Source of the DNA: Candidatus Omnitrophota bacterium
GTDB lineage: Bacteria; Omnitrophota; Gorgyraeia; Zapsychrales; Zapsychraceae
Assembly (NCBI GenBank): GCA_035292445.1
Contig: DATDQB010000008.1
Span: forward strand, 40,033-104,032
Length of the DNA stretch: 64,000 nucleotides
Reading direction: 5' to 3'
Shown here: piece by piece, positions 19,110 to 29,012 of the stretch
Layout: each line of letters opens with the position of its first letter
Position numbering within the stretch: the first letter of the stretch is position 1
Made by a program: the position numbers and the translations under genes
The notes under the pieces: generated by a model
Told to the model about the DNA's origin: nothing
Databases searched by the model: none
What the model saw: the letters and a program-made list of their open reading frames with translations, nothing else

Positions 19110-19526
19110 ATGAAAATATCAGCTAAAACAGATTACGCGTGCCGGGCATTAATGGAGTTGGCGCTGCATTGGCCCAATCAGGTGCCGTTGCAGATAGGCG
19201 TTATAGCCGTTCATCAGAAAATCCCGGTTAAGTATTTGACCCAGATCTTGATCAGTTTGAAGCAACTGGGATTGGTAGAAAGCATTAGGGGGCAAAAGGG
19301 GGGATATATTTTAGCAAGGCCGCCTCAGGAAATTACGTTAAGAGAAGTTATCCAAAGTTTTGATGGGGTGGGTCAGGGAAGCCAAAAGAAGAAAACATCC
19401 GATATCTTCTCTTATATATGGCAAGAGATTGCCGAAGAAACGTGGCGGATCATGGACAAGATCACTTTTGATGAGATCATCAGGCGGGAGCGCAACCTCA
19501 ACAAGGTTGCGATGTTCACTATTTAA
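19110..19526 (+). CDS. Rrf2-family transcriptional regulator (CymR/IscR-like)
   Basis: MKISAKTDYACRALMELA is the Rrf2 HTH. It is the first gene of the cysP-cysK-cysH-cysD-cysN cluster, as CymR is in Bacillus. Confidence 0.8.
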   Translation: MKISAKTDYACRALMELALHWPNQVPLQIGVIAVHQKIPVKYLTQILISLKQLGLVESIRGQKGGYILARPPQEITLREVIQSFDGVGQGSQKKKTSDIFSYIWQEIAEETWRIMDKITFDEIIRRERNLNKVAMFTI

Positions 19527-20485
19527 TGGAAATCATTATTTTATTGGTAGCGGCGTTTTTTGCGTTGAACATGGGGGCGCCGAGCTTTGCCGGGTCTTTT
19601 TCGACCGCTTGCGGTAGCCAGGCGCTCGGCCAGAAAAAATCCGGCGCACTTTTTCTTGTTTTTGCTATTGTCGGCGGCGTGATCTTTGGGGAGGCGGTCG
19701 CTAACACATTGAGTAAAGGGATTATTTCCGCAGAGTTGATTACGACAAAAGCAGCGTTGATCATATTGACCGCAGCGACTTTAAGTTTATTTATCGCCAA
19801 TATGATGCATATTCCGCAATCAACATCACTTTCAACCATTGCGGCTATTTGCGGAGTGGGTTTATTTCATGGGAATGTCAATGTTGATAAGATCAATTAT
19901 CTGGTCGTTTGCTGGGTGCTATCGGTCATTGTTAGCTTTATCCTGATTTATGCGGCGACTAGAATCGTTTATCCACCGCGCGCCAGTAATTTTTGGATCT
20001 ATGAACGGCTGGTCAATAACCAGGAATGTTTGAAAGTATTCGTTATCTTGACAAGCTGCTATAAAGCTTTTGCCCAAGGGACGAACAATGTGGCCAATGC
20101 CGTTGGGCCTTTGGCCGCAGCGGGCCTTCTTGATGTTAATCCTGGTTTGTGGATCATGGGGTTATTGTTCGGGCTTGGGGCGTTTGCATTTACCGGCCCT
20201 TTAAAAATGGCCAGCGAGAAAATAGTTCCTCTGGGGCTGTTGACGGCCACTGTTATCAATGTGGTCAGCGGCACGATCACGATTATTGCATCGAAACTCG
20301 GGATTCCGCTGCCAACGGTCATTGTCTATACGGTCGCCATTTTTGCGATCGGCACGATCAAAGACGGAGCACAGGTAACGATGGAGAAGCCCGTTACCAG
20401 AAAAACATTCTTTAATTGGGTCGTTAATCCGGTGATCACGCTGGGCGTCAGTTATGTTCTATCGTTGATTTTTTTAACTAAATAG
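19526..20485 (+). CDS. PiT-family anion permease, probable sulfate permease (CysP-like)
   Basis: Two PiT signature repeats are present: NMGAPSFAGSFSTACGS and AQGTNNVANAVGPLAA, matching the GANDVANA-type motif. It has ~9 TM helices. Its position in the cys operon mirrors B. subtilis CysP. Confidence 0.65.
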   Translation: MEIIILLVAAFFALNMGAPSFAGSFSTACGSQALGQKKSGALFLVFAIVGGVIFGEAVANTLSKGIISAELITTKAALIILTAATLSLFIANMMHIPQSTSLSTIAAICGVGLFHGNVNVDKINYLVVCWVLSVIVSFILIYAATRIVYPPRASNFWIYERLVNNQECLKVFVILTSCYKAFAQGTNNVANAVGPLAAAGLLDVNPGLWIMGLLFGLGAFAFTGPLKMASEKIVPLGLLTATVINVVSGTITIIASKLGIPLPTVIVYTVAIFAIGTIKDGAQVTMEKPVTRKTFFNWVVNPVITLGVSYVLSLIFLTK

Positions 20486-20495
20486 CGAGGATAAA

Positions 20496-21434
20496 ATGGC
20501 ATATCAATCAAGAATAGTTAACGATGTGACGGAGCTTATCGGTAATACGCCGCTAGTCCGTCTTCATAAGATCACGGGGGCCAATAAAAACGTTGAGATC
20601 CTGGCAAAATTGGAATCATTTAACCCGGGAGGCAGCGTTAAAGACCGGCCATGCTTATCGATGATCGAGAATGCCGAGAAGGCCGGGACGCTCAAAAAAG
20701 GCGCGACGATCATTGAGCCGACCAGCGGCAACACGGGGATCGGCCTGGCCATGATCTGCGCGGTCAAAGGTTACCGCTGCGTCCTGACCATGCCGGAGGC
20801 CATGAGTTTGGAGCGTATTTATTTGTTGCGCCTTTACGGGGCAGAGGTGGTCTTGACACCGGCTAAAGATGGCATTCAGGGGGCTATAAAAAAATGCGAG
20901 GAGTTGCATAAGAAGACCCCAAACAGTTTTGTGCCGCGTCAATTTGAGAATGAAGCTAATCCGCAGGCGCATGAAGATACGACGGCTATTGAAATCCTGG
21001 AAGCCTGCGAAGGAAAACTTGACGTATTTGTAGCGGGAGTAGGTACGGGTGGTACAATAACGGGAGTTGGCAGAGTTTTGAAAAAAGAAATCCCCCACAT
21101 TAAAATTATAGCCGTGGAACCGACTGCAAGTGCCGTCCTTTCCGGGAAAACAGCGGGACGACACAATATTCAGGGGATCGGCGCGGGGTTTGTGCCGCAA
21201 ATTCTCGACCGTAAAATTATAGATGAAGTGATTTCTGTCAATGATAAAGAAGCTTTTGAAATGACACGGCGTTTAGGAAAAGAGGAGGGTTTAAGCGTGG
21301 GCATTTCAGGCGGTGCGGCCTTGATCGCGGCATTAAAGGTTGCCGGGAGTTTGAAAACAGGACAGCGGGTTGTTGTGATCCTGCCGGATACGGGCGAGCG
21401 ATATTTTTCAATGGAACAATACTTTCAGGCATAA
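20496..21434 (+). CDS. cysK: cysteine synthase A (O-acetylserine sulfhydrylase)
   Basis: PGGSVKDRPCLSMI carries the PLP lysine. TSGNTGIGLAM and the GVGTGGTITG loop are also present. Confidence 0.9.
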   Translation: MAYQSRIVNDVTELIGNTPLVRLHKITGANKNVEILAKLESFNPGGSVKDRPCLSMIENAEKAGTLKKGATIIEPTSGNTGIGLAMICAVKGYRCVLTMPEAMSLERIYLLRLYGAEVVLTPAKDGIQGAIKKCEELHKKTPNSFVPRQFENEANPQAHEDTTAIEILEACEGKLDVFVAGVGTGGTITGVGRVLKKEIPHIKIIAVEPTASAVLSGKTAGRHNIQGIGAGFVPQILDRKIIDEVISVNDKEAFEMTRRLGKEEGLSVGISGGAALIAALKVAGSLKTGQRVVVILPDTGERYFSMEQYFQA

Positions 21435-21435
21435 A

Positions 21436-22164
21436 ATGAAACCGGAAAAACAAATAAAAAATTTATTGGAAAAATCCAAAGGTAAATCGGCTGGAGAGAT
21501 TATTCAGCTTGCTTATGAAGCCTTTGGCCAACGGATCACTTTTGCCACAAGCCTTGGCGAAGAGGACCAGGTGATCACGGATATGATCGCCAAAATCGCG
21601 CCGCAGATCGAGATCTTTACCCTTGATACGGGGCGCTTGCACCAGGAAACGTATGATCTTTTAGCCAAAACGCAGAAAAAATATAACAAGGTTACGTTCA
21701 AAGTATATTTTCCCGATGCCAAAAGAGTTGAAGATATGGTGCGTATCAAAGGCATCAATTTGTTTTATGAAAGCATTGAGAACCGCAAACTCTGCTGCGG
21801 CATCCGTAAGGTTGAGCCGCTACAGCGTGCATTAAAAGATGTCGATGCCTGGATAACGGGCTTGCGCCGCGCGCAGTCCGTTACTCGCGCCGATGCGAAA
21901 GCTTTCGAATGGGACGAAGCGAATAAAAAGATTAAAGTCAACCCGTTGGTCGATTGGAATCTGGAGCAGGTCAAAGAGTATATAAAAAAGAACAAAGTTG
22001 ACAGTAATCCTTTGCACGCCAAAGGATTTATCAGTATCGGTTGCGCCCCGTGTACACGCGCCGTTAAACCCGGTGAAGACATCCGCGCCGGGCGGTGGTG
22101 GTGGGAGGAACCCGAACAGAAAGAGTGCGGGTTGCATAATAATCCAAAGAGAAAAAAGGAATGA
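21436..22164 (+). CDS. cysH: assimilatory adenylyl-sulfate (APS) reductase, Fe-S type CysH
   Basis: ITFATSLGEEDQVITDM is the PP-loop. KLCCGIRKVEPL together with SIGCAPCTRAV gives the CC…CxxC cluster cysteines. The C-terminus has KECGLH. Confidence 0.85.
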   Translation: MKPEKQIKNLLEKSKGKSAGEIIQLAYEAFGQRITFATSLGEEDQVITDMIAKIAPQIEIFTLDTGRLHQETYDLLAKTQKKYNKVTFKVYFPDAKRVEDMVRIKGINLFYESIENRKLCCGIRKVEPLQRALKDVDAWITGLRRAQSVTRADAKAFEWDEANKKIKVNPLVDWNLEQVKEYIKKNKVDSNPLHAKGFISIGCAPCTRAVKPGEDIRAGRWWWEEPEQKECGLHNNPKRKKE

Positions 22165-22249
22165 ATTGTTAATAGTCAATAGTAAATAGGCGGTGTATTC
22201 AAAAAAGACACAATTAACTATTTACTATTAACCATTAACCATTAACAAT
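22165..22249 (+). promoter_or_regulatory. AT-rich imperfect palindrome between cysH and cysD; candidate operator or RNA hairpin
   Basis: attgttaat (22165-22173) pairs with attaacaat (22241-22249). aatagtaaatag (22178-22189) pairs with ctatttactatt (22218-22229). The right arm also carries 3x tandem ttaacca. Confidence 0.3.
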
Positions 22250-22264
22250 CATGTCAATTTAGAT

Positions 22265-23158
22265 ATGAACAAACAAATGACAAAACTCGACAGCCTGGAA
22301 TCCCAGAGCGTCTTTATATTAAGGGAAGCTTACCGGCAATTCAAAAGCCTGGTCATGCTTTGGTCCATCGGCAAAGACAGCACAGTCCTTTTGTGGTTGG
22401 CCCGTAAAGCCTTCTTTGGTCACGTACCGTTTCCGCTGGTCCACATCGATACAAGCTATAAAATTCCGGAAATGATCGCGTATCGGGATAAGTTAGCCAA
22501 AGAAATGAAGCTAAATATGATCGTCGGTCAAAACAAAGCTGCCTTACAATCTAAGCGGACGTTCCCAGACGGCGCCATTACCCGCATGGATTGCTGCAAG
22601 GCTTTAAAGACGGAAGCATTAAAGCATACCCTTGCCGGTGATTGGCCAAGATATAGGCTCAATCATGAGACTGGAAAGTATGAAGAAGATAAAAATAAGG
22701 AACCTTACACCGGTGTCATCGTTGGCGCGCGCGCGGACGAAGAGGGAAGCCGTTCCAAGGAGCGGTATTTTTCCCCGCGGGACCGCAACAGCGATTGGGA
22801 TGTGGGCGACCAGCCGCCGGAATTATGGAACCAGTTCAAGACGGATTTTGCGCCCGGGACCCATTTAAGGATCCATCCGTTATTGGATTGGACCGAACTT
22901 AACATTTGGGAATATATCGAGCGTGAGAATATCCCCATCACCAAATTATACTTCGACCAAGGGGATAGTAAACGGTATCGTTCGTTGGGTTGCTATCCGT
23001 GTACAACACCGGTTGAATCAACAGCGAAAACCGTGCATGACATTGTGGAAGAATTAAGGGCCGGAAAATTTGCCAACATCGCGGAGCGTTCCGGCCGTGC
23101 CCAGGATAAGGAAGACGGCGGCGGGTTGGAGACGCTGCGCCTGGAAGGGTATATGTAA
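22265..23158 (+). CDS. cysD: sulfate adenylyltransferase subunit 2
   Basis: [17 protein letters not shown] is the PAPS-reductase-like PP-loop. The C-terminus is typical of CysD. Confidence 0.9.
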   Translation: MNKQMTKLDSLESQSVFILREAYRQFKSLVMLWSIGKDSTVLLWLARKAFFGHVPFPLVHIDTSYKIPEMIAYRDKLAKEMKLNMIVGQNKAALQSKRTFPDGAITRMDCCKALKTEALKHTLAGDWPRYRLNHETGKYEEDKNKEPYTGVIVGARADEEGSRSKERYFSPRDRNSDWDVGDQPPELWNQFKTDFAPGTHLRIHPLLDWTELNIWEYIERENIPITKLYFDQGDSKRYRSLGCYPCTTPVESTAKTVHDIVEELRAGKFANIAERSGRAQDKEDGGGLETLRLEGYM

Positions 23159-23159
23159 C

Positions 23160-23188
23160 GTAGGGGCGACCCGCCGGGTCGCCCCTAC
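23160..23188 (+). promoter_or_regulatory. intercistronic GC-rich hairpin between cysD and cysN
   Basis: gtaggggcgaccc-gcc-gggtcgcccctac is a 13-bp perfect stem. It starts 2 nt after the cysD stop and is followed by attttcatt and then the cysN ATG at 23198. Confidence 0.4.
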
Positions 23189-23197
23189 ATTTTCATT

Positions 23198-25006
23198 ATG
23201 AAAACAATCGAAAAAGAACAAATGAACGTTGTCATCGTTGGTCATGTGGATCACGGCAAAAGCACACTCATTGGGCGATTACTTGCCGATACAGGCTCTT
23301 TACCCAAGGGCAAGCTTGAAGCTGTTCAAGAAAATTGCCGCCGGAGTGCCAAACCTTTTGAGTATGCTTTTTTACTGGATGCTTTAAAAGATGAGCAATC
23401 CCAAGGGATCACTATTGATACGGCACGGGCGTTTTTCAAATCCAAAAAACGCGACTATATCATCATCGATGCGCCCGGGCATATCGAATTCTTAAAGAAC
23501 ATGGTCACCGGTGCCGCGCGGGCCGAGGCGGCCATATTGGTTATCGATGCTAACGAAGGTATTAAGGAAAATTCCAAAAGGCACGGCTACATGATGTCGT
23601 TTTTGGGCATCAAAAATTTGACGGTGTGCGTCAATAAAATGGACCTTGTTAAATACGATCAGAAAATATTCGATAAAATAAAAGAAGAATACAACGAATT
23701 CCTTAATGAGATAAATTTGCAGCCGCGTTTTTTTATCCCGATGAGCGCCCGGGAAGGGGATAACGTAGCCCAAAGATCAAAACATATGCTTTGGTACAAA
23801 GAAGAAACCGTTCTGGAAGCGCTTGACCAATTCGAGAAAGAAGCGCCCAAATACGAGCAGCCTTTCAGGTTTCCCATCCAGGATATCTATAAATTCACCG
23901 AGCAGGGAGATGATCGAAGGATTTTTGCCGGGAGGGTCGAGTCCGGAACGATCCATACGGGAGATGAAGTGATCTTTTTGCCTTCGGGCAAGACTTCCCG
24001 TATTAAAACCGTTGAGGGTTTTAATCGACCGAAAACAGAGGAGGCCTTTGCCGGCCAAAACACCGGTTTTACGCTCGACACCCAGATTTTTATTAAGCCC
24101 GGTGAGGTTATGGTCCATCGTAAACAGACGCTTCCGTATGTCAGCACCAAGATCAAGGCCAATATTTTTTGGATGGGCAAACAACCCTTTGTCAAAGGCA
24201 AGAACTACAAATTAAAATTGGCCACCCAGCAAGTGCCGGTCGTATTAAAAGAGATTTTGGGAGTTTTAGACGCCTCCGAACTATCCTCCATCGCCAATAA
24301 GCCGCAGGTGGACCGCCATGATGTGGCCGAGTGCGTTTTAGAAACGCTCAAGCCGATCGCTTTTGATGAAGTCAGCCAGATCTCGGAAACGGGACGGTTT
24401 GTGCTGGTGGATAATTATGAGATCGTTGGGGGCGGGATCATTTTAGCCCCGATATTTGAGGAAGGGTCTTCTTTAGGCCAGTATATCAAAGATAGGGAAC
24501 AAAGCTGGGTCAGAAGCGATATCACGGCTTCCAAGCGCTCGCAGCGGCTTAACCAAAAGCCGCTGTTATTGATCATCACGGGAGAGATGGATACCGGTAA
24601 AAAAGAGATCGCCAAGAGAGTGGAAGAGGAGTTATATAGCCAAGGAAAGTTCGCTTATTTTTTGGGGATTTCAAACGATGTGTTATCCTCAGCTGAAAAA
24701 ACCAATGACCGGACATTGGGCAAGGTCCAACATATCCGTCAAATAGGTGAACTGGCCCACGTCATGACCGATGCCGGGCTAATCTTGATCACGAGCGTGT
24801 CTGACATGGATGAATACGACTTAAATATGATCAAAACCCTTAATCGCCCCAACCAGACGCTGGTCGTTAATTTTGGAGAAAGCGCGATTCCCCCGAACCA
24901 GATCAATCTTCAAATCGATCAATCCCCAGACAAGCAAGAAGCCGTCCGCAACATCTTACAGCTCATCAATCAAAATGCTTTCCTAGATCCAGAATTCAAT
25001 ATCTAA
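23198..25006 (+). CDS. cysN: sulfate adenylyltransferase subunit 1 (GTPase) fused to a degenerate APS-kinase-like C-terminal domain
   Basis: [19 protein letters not shown] is the G1 motif. The C-terminal ~170 aa align to CysC but the P-loop reads [12 protein letters not shown] instead of TGLSGSGKST, and DGDN is replaced by GISN. Confidence 0.85.
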   Translation: MKTIEKEQMNVVIVGHVDHGKSTLIGRLLADTGSLPKGKLEAVQENCRRSAKPFEYAFLLDALKDEQSQGITIDTARAFFKSKKRDYIIIDAPGHIEFLKNMVTGAARAEAAILVIDANEGIKENSKRHGYMMSFLGIKNLTVCVNKMDLVKYDQKIFDKIKEEYNEFLNEINLQPRFFIPMSAREGDNVAQRSKHMLWYKEETVLEALDQFEKEAPKYEQPFRFPIQDIYKFTEQGDDRRIFAGRVESGTIHTGDEVIFLPSGKTSRIKTVEGFNRPKTEEAFAGQNTGFTLDTQIFIKPGEVMVHRKQTLPYVSTKIKANIFWMGKQPFVKGKNYKLKLATQQVPVVLKEILGVLDASELSSIANKPQVDRHDVAECVLETLKPIAFDEVSQISETGRFVLVDNYEIVGGGIILAPIFEEGSSLGQYIKDREQSWVRSDITASKRSQRLNQKPLLLIITGEMDTGKKEIAKRVEEELYSQGKFAYFLGISNDVLSSAEKTNDRTLGKVQHIRQIGELAHVMTDAGLILITSVSDMDEYDLNMIKTLNRPNQTLVVNFGESAIPPNQINLQIDQSPDKQEAVRNILQLINQNAFLDPEFNI

Positions 25007-25039
25007 CCGTTTAAAATACGTCATCAGAAAACGTAGTTT

Positions 25040-25068
25040 TAAAAATTATTTGACAATAAACCCCACCG
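25040..25068 (+). promoter_or_regulatory. sigma70-like promoter TTGACA-N17-TATTAT for the ABC-transporter genes
   Basis: ttgaca lies at 25040-25045 and tattat at 25063-25068. Confidence 0.45.
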
Positions 25069-25133
25069 GTGTTATTATCCAGAAAGCTTAAATAAGTTAT
25101 TAAATGACTTAATTACTAAGAAATGGATGGGTA

Positions 25134-26192
25134 ATGAAACTCAACAATTTTTCGACTTTTTTAAGAGGCGGCTTGGTCTGTTTAGGGATTATTTTCAGTT
25201 TCAATGATTTGGCCGTTGCCCAGGAGGTGGTTGTTTTTTCAGGCCGCAAAGAAGCCCTTATAAAACCGGTGCTTGACCTTTTTAAAGAAAAGACCGGTAT
25301 TGATGTCGTTCTTAAAGCAGGTGACTCGGCGGCTTTGGGCCAACAGATCATTCAAGAAGCCTCCAACCCAAGCGCCGACATTTTTATCGCTAAGGAATCC
25401 GGATCGTTGGAGTATTTAAGGTTAAAAGGCGTTTTTGAGCCCTACGTATCGGACGCCACAGCCAAGATCCCCGAAAGATTTAAAGCCGGTGACGGGACCT
25501 GGATCGGCGTGTGCGGCCGTTCCCGCGCGGTTATTTACAATAAGGGTCTTATCGCGCTTGAGGATGTGCCGAAAACTTTGGAAGATCTGACCCGCGAACA
25601 ATATAAGGGAAAGATCGCGGCCGTTAATGCCAGTAACGAATCATTTATCGCCTGGGTCAGCGCCTTACGTATTTATTTCGATGATACGTATGTAAGAAAT
25701 TTTCTGAAGAAATTAAAAGCCAATGAGATCCATTTGCTATCCGACAGCCACACGGATGTCCGCAAAGCCGTCGGCCGCGGGGAATACCCATTGGGGCTCA
25801 TCAATCACTACTATTATCATTTGCAGCGTGAAGAAACCGACCCGGCCGTGACCAATGTCGGTATTGTTTATCTTGATCAGGGGCCCAATGACAGGGGAGA
25901 GATCGTCAATGTCTCCGGTGCCGCCATTATCAAAGGCGCCAAACATTTAAAACAAGCGCAGCAGTTTATCGACTTTTTAGCCTCGCCGCAAGCGCAACAA
26001 CTTTTTGCCGAATCTAATTTTGAATATCCTCTTGTTAGCGGTGTCAATACGCACCCGCAGGTCCTTGAATCGCTCAATTGTTCCCAAGCTTCTGCTTTGG
26101 ATTGTCTTCATGTCATGGAGGTCAATCTGGACAGATTCGGTGAATTACTGGAATCGACAACCGATATGCTCGATGAGGTGGACTGGCATTGA
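25134..26192 (+). CDS. ABC transporter periplasmic substrate-binding protein, FbpA/AfuA-like (putative Fe3+)
   Basis: It has a signal peptide. VVVFSGRKEALIKPVLDLFKEKTGIDVVLK is family-1 SBP-like. A YYY tyrosine cluster (INHYYYHLQ) is present. Confidence 0.6.
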   Translation: MKLNNFSTFLRGGLVCLGIIFSFNDLAVAQEVVVFSGRKEALIKPVLDLFKEKTGIDVVLKAGDSAALGQQIIQEASNPSADIFIAKESGSLEYLRLKGVFEPYVSDATAKIPERFKAGDGTWIGVCGRSRAVIYNKGLIALEDVPKTLEDLTREQYKGKIAAVNASNESFIAWVSALRIYFDDTYVRNFLKKLKANEIHLLSDSHTDVRKAVGRGEYPLGLINHYYYHLQREETDPAVTNVGIVYLDQGPNDRGEIVNVSGAAIIKGAKHLKQAQQFIDFLASPQAQQLFAESNFEYPLVSGVNTHPQVLESLNCSQASALDCLHVMEVNLDRFGELLESTTDMLDEVDWH

Positions 26193-27802
26193 TCAAAAAA
26201 GGGCTGGATATTATAAGGGCGCTACCAAGCTTTTTAACGGTCGTCGTGATGACGGTGCCGATATTGTGCGTCTTTAGTTTTGCCATGGGCGTTGATGGGC
26301 AGTTATGGCAAAGATTATGGGCAACACGCATCCCGGCGTTATTTACCAGTTCGTTCCTGCTTGTTGCGATCGTCACCTGTACCACGTTGGTCCTGGGTGG
26401 TATCCTGGCGTATCTTGTTGAGCGTACGGATCTGCCGCTGCGCCGATGGCTCAAGCCGCTTTTGGTCACGCCTTTGATCACGCCTTGCTATATTATCGCC
26501 ATTTGTTATGTCAATTTTTTTGGCATTAACGGGCTTGGAGAAAAATTTTTTTACGCTTTGGGATGGGAAATCACTTTACCGGCGATTTATGGGTTTTGGG
26601 GGACGGTATTCGTTTTAACCTTCGGTACCTATCCATACGTTTACACGATCGTTAGTTCATCATTACATCAGCTTGATCCGCATTTGACAGAGGCTGCCCG
26701 CTGTTTGGGCGTCAGCCGTTGGGCAAGGTTTTGTGGCCTAATCCTGCCGATGTTATTGCCTGCCTTTAGCGCCGGAGCCATTTTAGTGACCATGTATGTG
26801 CTTTCCGATTACGGTGTTGTCAGCATGTTAAGGTACCCCACTTTTGTCAACGCAATCTATGAACAGATAAGCGGACGCTACAATTATTCGACGGCCGCGG
26901 CACTGAGCATGGTGTTGATTGCTGTCACGGTTCTGTTGGTCCTCGCGCAGGGAATGCTGACAAAGAAGAAATATTACGCCTCCGTCCACATGCGAACCAA
27001 AGGCATTGTTTTACACCGGCTAGGCTGGCTAAAGATCCCTTCGTTGTTTTTTGTCGCAGGCGTGTTGGTTTTTGGTCTGTTGCTGCCCATCGGCATCCTT
27101 ATTTTTTGGTTTATGCAATCATTACATTTAAGCGCATTACACCGTATTTGGGCCATGTCATGGACAGAGCTGGCGCATTCCGGCTTCAACAGCATTTTCA
27201 TTTCATCGTTGGCCGCAACGGCAGCGGTTGTTCTGGCGTTACCATTAGCCTACGCAAGTGTGCGCCGGCCTGAGAGTCTGGTTGGAAGAGTGTATTTCTT
27301 TTTATCGCAGTCAGGAATAGCGTTGCCCGGAGTCCTTATCGCTTTAGGCTTGTCGCTTATTTTCAGTCGGACCGTACCGGCGCTTAATTTCAGTGTCTTT
27401 GCTCTTTTTTTGGCGTTTCTCGTACATTTTTTCGCGCAGGCCCTGCAAACTTCCCAGGCCGGTTTACGGCAAGTGTCCCCGAAATTTGAGGAAAGCGCAC
27501 GGCTTTTGGGGTTTTCACCGATCAGGTCATTTTGGCTTGTCACGCGCCCGCTTTTTACGCCGGCCTTGATGACGGCGTGGATCCTGGTGTTTTTAAGCTC
27601 AATGAGAGAATTGCCCGCATCGTTATTATTGCGCCCGGCCGGGTTTGACCCGTTAACGGTCAAGATATGGAACGCCGCCAGCGAAGGATTTTATGAACAA
27701 GCCGCTGCCCCGGCTTTATTGGTGGTCATTTTAAGCTTGCCGCTTATCTTTGTTATCATAAAAAGTCAGGGTAAATACACGCCGTCGCCGGAGTCGAACT
27801 GA
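26189..27802 (+). CDS. ABC transporter permease with duplicated (fused) transmembrane domains, FbpB-like
   Basis: It is 537 aa with ~12 TM helices. Two EAA-like loops are present (…LTEAARCLGVSRWARF… and …EESARLLGFSPIRSFW…). Confidence 0.7.
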   Translation: MIKKGLDIIRALPSFLTVVVMTVPILCVFSFAMGVDGQLWQRLWATRIPALFTSSFLLVAIVTCTTLVLGGILAYLVERTDLPLRRWLKPLLVTPLITPCYIIAICYVNFFGINGLGEKFFYALGWEITLPAIYGFWGTVFVLTFGTYPYVYTIVSSSLHQLDPHLTEAARCLGVSRWARFCGLILPMLLPAFSAGAILVTMYVLSDYGVVSMLRYPTFVNAIYEQISGRYNYSTAAALSMVLIAVTVLLVLAQGMLTKKKYYASVHMRTKGIVLHRLGWLKIPSLFFVAGVLVFGLLLPIGILIFWFMQSLHLSALHRIWAMSWTELAHSGFNSIFISSLAATAAVVLALPLAYASVRRPESLVGRVYFFLSQSGIALPGVLIALGLSLIFSRTVPALNFSVFALFLAFLVHFFAQALQTSQAGLRQVSPKFEESARLLGFSPIRSFWLVTRPLFTPALMTAWILVFLSSMRELPASLLLRPAGFDPLTVKIWNAASEGFYEQAAAPALLVVILSLPLIFVIIKSQGKYTPSPESN

Positions 27803-27803
27803 T

Positions 27804-28913
27804 ATGGAAACGACGAATATTAATTATCAAATTAATTTAAGAAAAACGGTGAAAGAAAAGGTCCTTGTGCGCTGCAAGGATGTCAGGTATTGCTATAAAT
27901 CAGGCAACGAGGAGGGGCGGCATTGGCATTTGGGCCCATTTTCGTTGGAAATTTATGAAAGGGAATTGTTGGGCATTCTTGGGCCCAGCGGTTGCGGCAA
28001 GACAACCCTTCTTCGCGTTTTGACCGGGCTAGCCACGCCTAAAACAGGGGCTATCACCATCGCCGACAGGATTGTTTTTGATGAAACGCTCAATGTTGTT
28101 CCGGAAAAAAGAAAAGTGGGGATGATGTTCCAGGAGCATGCCCTTTTTCCGCACTTAACGGTTCGCCAGAACATTGTATTTGGGATAAGGAATTGGCAAA
28201 GAGACGACCGGGAGCGGCGCCTTTATGAACTGGAAAGCCTTTTGGGGCTTAATGAATATTTGAATCGTTATCCGCATGAATTATCCGGCGGGCAGCAGCA
28301 GCGTGTAGCGCTGGCCAGAACACTCGCCCCGAAACCGCAAATTATTTTATTGGATGAGCCCTTAAGCAATATTGACGCCGATTTACGGATGAGCCTGGCG
28401 CAGGAATTAAAAAGCGTTCTTAAGCAGACGAAGACAACGGCTGTTTGGGTCACGCATGACCAGACCGAGGCTTTGGATCTGGCGGACCGGATCATGGTTT
28501 TAAATGACGGTAAAGTTGAACAAGTTGACACGCCGTGGAACCTTTACAACAACCCCCGGACGCGATTTGTCGCCGATTTTGTTGGGCACGCGGTATTCAT
28601 CAATGGAGAAATGAAGGGGAAAACGATCCTGACGGAGGTAGGCACCATCGATTATTTGCCGTGCCTTGAAAGTTTCAAGAAACTTGAGGTCATGATCCGC
28701 CCCGATGACGTGCAGGCCTATCCGTACGATGCGGGGATCGGCACCGTGATGAAAAGGCAGTTTTTAGGTTCCAACCAGCTTTATTCGATTCGTTTACCTT
28801 CCGGGCAAACGCTTCTTTCCAACCAACCTTCCCATATCAATTGGCCCATCGGTACTAAGATGCGCATTGAGCTCAAGTTAAAAAGCATCGTGGCCTTTCC
28901 GAAACTTAAGTAA
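27804..28913 (+). CDS. ABC transporter ATP-binding protein with a C-terminal TOBE-like domain (FbpC/PotA-like)
   Basis: Walker A is GPSGCGKTT. The ABC signature is LSGGQQQRVALAR. Walker B is ILLDEP. A ~120-aa C-terminal extension follows. Confidence 0.85.
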   Translation: METTNINYQINLRKTVKEKVLVRCKDVRYCYKSGNEEGRHWHLGPFSLEIYERELLGILGPSGCGKTTLLRVLTGLATPKTGAITIADRIVFDETLNVVPEKRKVGMMFQEHALFPHLTVRQNIVFGIRNWQRDDRERRLYELESLLGLNEYLNRYPHELSGGQQQRVALARTLAPKPQIILLDEPLSNIDADLRMSLAQELKSVLKQTKTTAVWVTHDQTEALDLADRIMVLNDGKVEQVDTPWNLYNNPRTRFVADFVGHAVFINGEMKGKTILTEVGTIDYLPCLESFKKLEVMIRPDDVQAYPYDAGIGTVMKRQFLGSNQLYSIRLPSGQTLLSNQPSHINWPIGTKMRIELKLKSIVAFPKLK

Positions 28914-29012
28914 TATTATTTTTAGTATGTATAGTAATGTAGTTGCCCAATTTTAACTTTTGTGATAAGGTATTTTATCTTATTTTTCACTCGACTAACC
29001 CTGCCTTAAAGT

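Noticed and set aside
18854-19110. Possible tRNA, tmRNA or other known small RNA in the GC-rich spacer
   Set aside because: There is no cloverleaf with a GTTCRANYC T-loop or acceptor stem, and no tmRNA-like tag frame. It is kept as an unclassified regulatory leader.
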